Source: a virus. From it: a stretch of 64,000 nt of DNA. The stretch is from positions 1 to 64,000 of IMG/VR virus record IMGVR_UViG_3300047160_007939. One strand, given 5' to 3'. Every line of letters starts with the position of its first letter. Within the stretch, counting starts at the first letter, position 1. Under the pieces are notes generated by a model. That model had not been told where the DNA came from. It searched no databases and saw nothing but the letters and a program-made list of their open reading frames with translations. This document shows positions 62,298 through 64,000 of the stretch, one piece after another. Made by a program: the position numbers and the translations under genes.

Positions 62298-62532
62298 CGC
62301 TATCATTGTGCCTTTTGGCTCTCTGCCGCTCAACAGACGGCAGAAGAACACCGGACTTCCGGCAGCGCCGGAAGTAAGCCTCACGGCACGGATGCGAGCA
62401 GTACAGCCCACGCCCAACAGTAGAGAACTGCCTGCCACACTCCAGACAGATCCGGTTCTTCAGCCTTCTCCTGGCTGCCAGCTCGCGGCCCTGCTCGGGC
62501 GTGCGGACAATGTGCGGGTTCGACTTTCTCAT
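62278..62532 (-). CDS. small basic zinc-finger protein
   Basis: CLECG..YCSHPCR motif; near-leaderless start after TTGACA-N18-GACAAT. Confidence 0.55.
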   Translation of the reverse strand: MRKSNPHIVRTPEQGRELAARRRLKNRICLECGRQFSTVGRGLYCSHPCREAYFRRCRKSGVLLPSVERQRAKRHNDSVVTQAR

Positions 62533-62567
62533 AACGCTATCATTGTCACTTGCGACACTGCCGGCTG

Positions 62568-63056
62568 TCAAGCAGCCTGCCGTCCACCACGCTTCTTCTC
62601 GAAGATCCGCGCCCACCGCTCGTCCTTCGCGCCCTCAATACAGGCTTGCCGGTCTTTGCAGTACTTCACGTTGTAGCTGGCACAGCCCACCGGCAAGCCC
62701 ATCGTGTGACTGATGTCGTGCGCGTGAACGCCGATCCGACTGTCGGGCCGCTCCTCTTTGCACACGTCGCACACCCAGGTTACGTTCGCCCACCAGTCTA
62801 CGTGCCCCGTCACCTCTGCCTCCGGCTTCTTCTCTCGTCTACCCTGGTAGCGCGTGTAGATGCACGGCTTCACGTAGGGCGGCAGCGCCGGCTTCGTCTT
62901 CTCCAGCTCGCCACGAAGCACCCGCCGCATCCGACTGCAAAAGGCACAGTCGCAATCCCACGCCGTTTCCCAATACCCCAGCCGCGCACATCGAAGCGTC
63001 TTGAGCGCCTCCTGGAAGTGAAACTCCAGCGTATCCGCTTCCGGCTCTCTTCTCAC
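62568..63056 (-). CDS. hypothetical Cys-rich protein
   Basis: CDCAFC, CDVC, YC.D..C; GTGA overlap. Confidence 0.5.
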   Translation of the reverse strand: MRREPEADTLEFHFQEALKTLRCARLGYWETAWDCDCAFCSRMRRVLRGELEKTKPALPPYVKPCIYTRYQGRREKKPEAEVTGHVDWWANVTWVCDVCKEERPDSRIGVHAHDISHTMGLPVGCASYNVKYCKDRQACIEGAKDERWARIFEKKRGGRQAA

Positions 63057-63676
63057 CAGTCATCGTCGCCTCTCCCCTTCGTCCGTTCCGTGGCGACTTC
63101 CTGAACCTTCTCATCCACGTTATCACTCGGCCTTTCGGCGTCTTCATCTTCTTCGCCGGCCTGCCGGCTTATCTCCATCGACTGCCGCTTCAGCACTTCC
63201 GCCAGAGCGATGCCTTCTTCGATCCGCAGGTCAATCTGCACGTCTGCGTCATCATCCGGCGGCATCCCCGCCGCCCAGCGTGCCCCTGCATCGATCCCCA
63301 CGAAGAGCACCGTGCTCCGCTCGTTCCCGCGACCGCTCTCGATGGCTTCCTTCGTGAGCACCTGCATCGCTCTCCGCAGTATCTCCACCTCTTCGGGCGT
63401 CCTGCTCGTGTCGAGCCTCGGTACGAGGACCTCTCCGGCGTCACACCCTGCTGCGTTCGCTGCCTGGGCCATCTGGACGGCCTGCTGCGCGTGCGCGTCT
63501 TCTTTGTCCTGCGGCGGCAGATGCAGCGCCCACTCCAGGGCACAGCGCATCGCTCTCACGATTGCCACCGCTTCCCGCTTCACACCGCTGCCGTCTTCGT
63601 TCCGGTGCTCCATCTGCCGAGCCAGCATCGACCCCAGACCCTCATACGCCTGGATTATCTCGACCTCATCCCTCAT
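63053..63676 (-). CDS. hypothetical protein
   Basis: Helical ORF, overlapping neighbours. Confidence 0.55.
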   Translation of the reverse strand: MRDEVEIIQAYEGLGSMLARQMEHRNEDGSGVKREAVAIVRAMRCALEWALHLPPQDKEDAHAQQAVQMAQAANAAGCDAGEVLVPRLDTSRTPEEVEILRRAMQVLTKEAIESGRGNERSTVLFVGIDAGARWAAGMPPDDDADVQIDLRIEEGIALAEVLKRQSMEISRQAGEEDEDAERPSDNVDEKVQEVATERTKGRGDDDW

Positions 63677-64000
63677 CCCCGTCGTTCTCCTTTCCTTCGT
63701 CGTCCGTCTCCACTACGGCCTGCGCTTCGATGACCTCGGGTGGGCCATTCCTCGCGGCAAGCCGCTTCTCTTCCAGCTCGACTTCCCCGAGGAACTGCTT
63801 CAGGAAGCCGTCAATCGCCCTGTCCAGCAGCTCTTCCCCGATCACCTCTGCCGGCGCGGTGTCCGGGTTCAGCGTACCGATGCTTGGTCCCGCCGCCAGC
63901 CCTGCCACGGCTCCCGTCTGTACCAGCACCGTCTGCTGCATCGGCATCGCTGCCGGCTGGCCGGCTCCGACCTTCGGCGGGACCACCGGCCAGCCTACCA
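63666..64000 (-). CDS. hypothetical protein, C-terminal part (possibly terminase small subunit)
   Basis: Frame open to window end; acidic tail with VIEAQAVVE; identity speculative. Confidence 0.3.
   Translation of the reverse strand, partial: VGWPVVPPKVGAGQPAAMPMQQTVLVQTGAVAGLAAGPSIGTLNPDTAPAEVIGEELLDRAIDGFLKQFLGEVELEEKRLAARNGPPEVIEAQAVVETDDEGKENDGDEG

Noticed and set aside
1-64000. Integrase/att sites, tail sheath, reverse transcriptase/DGR, Nop-domain (Tas/IS110) gene, alternative genetic code
   Set aside because: No diagnostic motifs recognised in the window; genes pack tightly under the standard code

Overview
A 64-kb, GC-rich slice of a large tailed dsDNA phage (no tail sheath gene seen; probably siphovirus-like). 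Almost all genes are on the minus strand. Reading right to left: hypothetical and regulatory genes with a triple-HTH XRE protein; an intein-containing terminase large subunit; a ~15-kb block of small early/middle genes (putative endolysin, 5 tRNAs, two free-standing HNH endonucleases, dCMP deaminase, primase, KGG protein); portal; a 2599-aa repeat fibre; a MuF-like head protein; three giant polyvalent internal proteins; prohead protease, scaffold, major capsid, neck/tail-completion genes, tail tube and chaperones; and the start of a probable tape measure gene. Three things stand out. (1) Three arrays with 36-nt period, made of alternating 9-nt repeats (AGCGAGCCG / AGAGAACCG) and unique 9-nt spacers. 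This is TIGR-like guide-RNA architecture. One array is intergenic and two sit in-frame inside protein genes, and no Nop-domain effector is visible in the window. (2) A complete HNH homing endonuclease encoded antisense inside the terminase intein, with its own leaderless promoter. (3) A promoter- and terminator-bounded ~80-nt RNA whose 5' end is complementary to a GGGAGUUAGG element shared by the ribosome-binding sites of portal, scaffold, capsid and tail tube. All product calls come from motif recognition by eye; no database searches were run.
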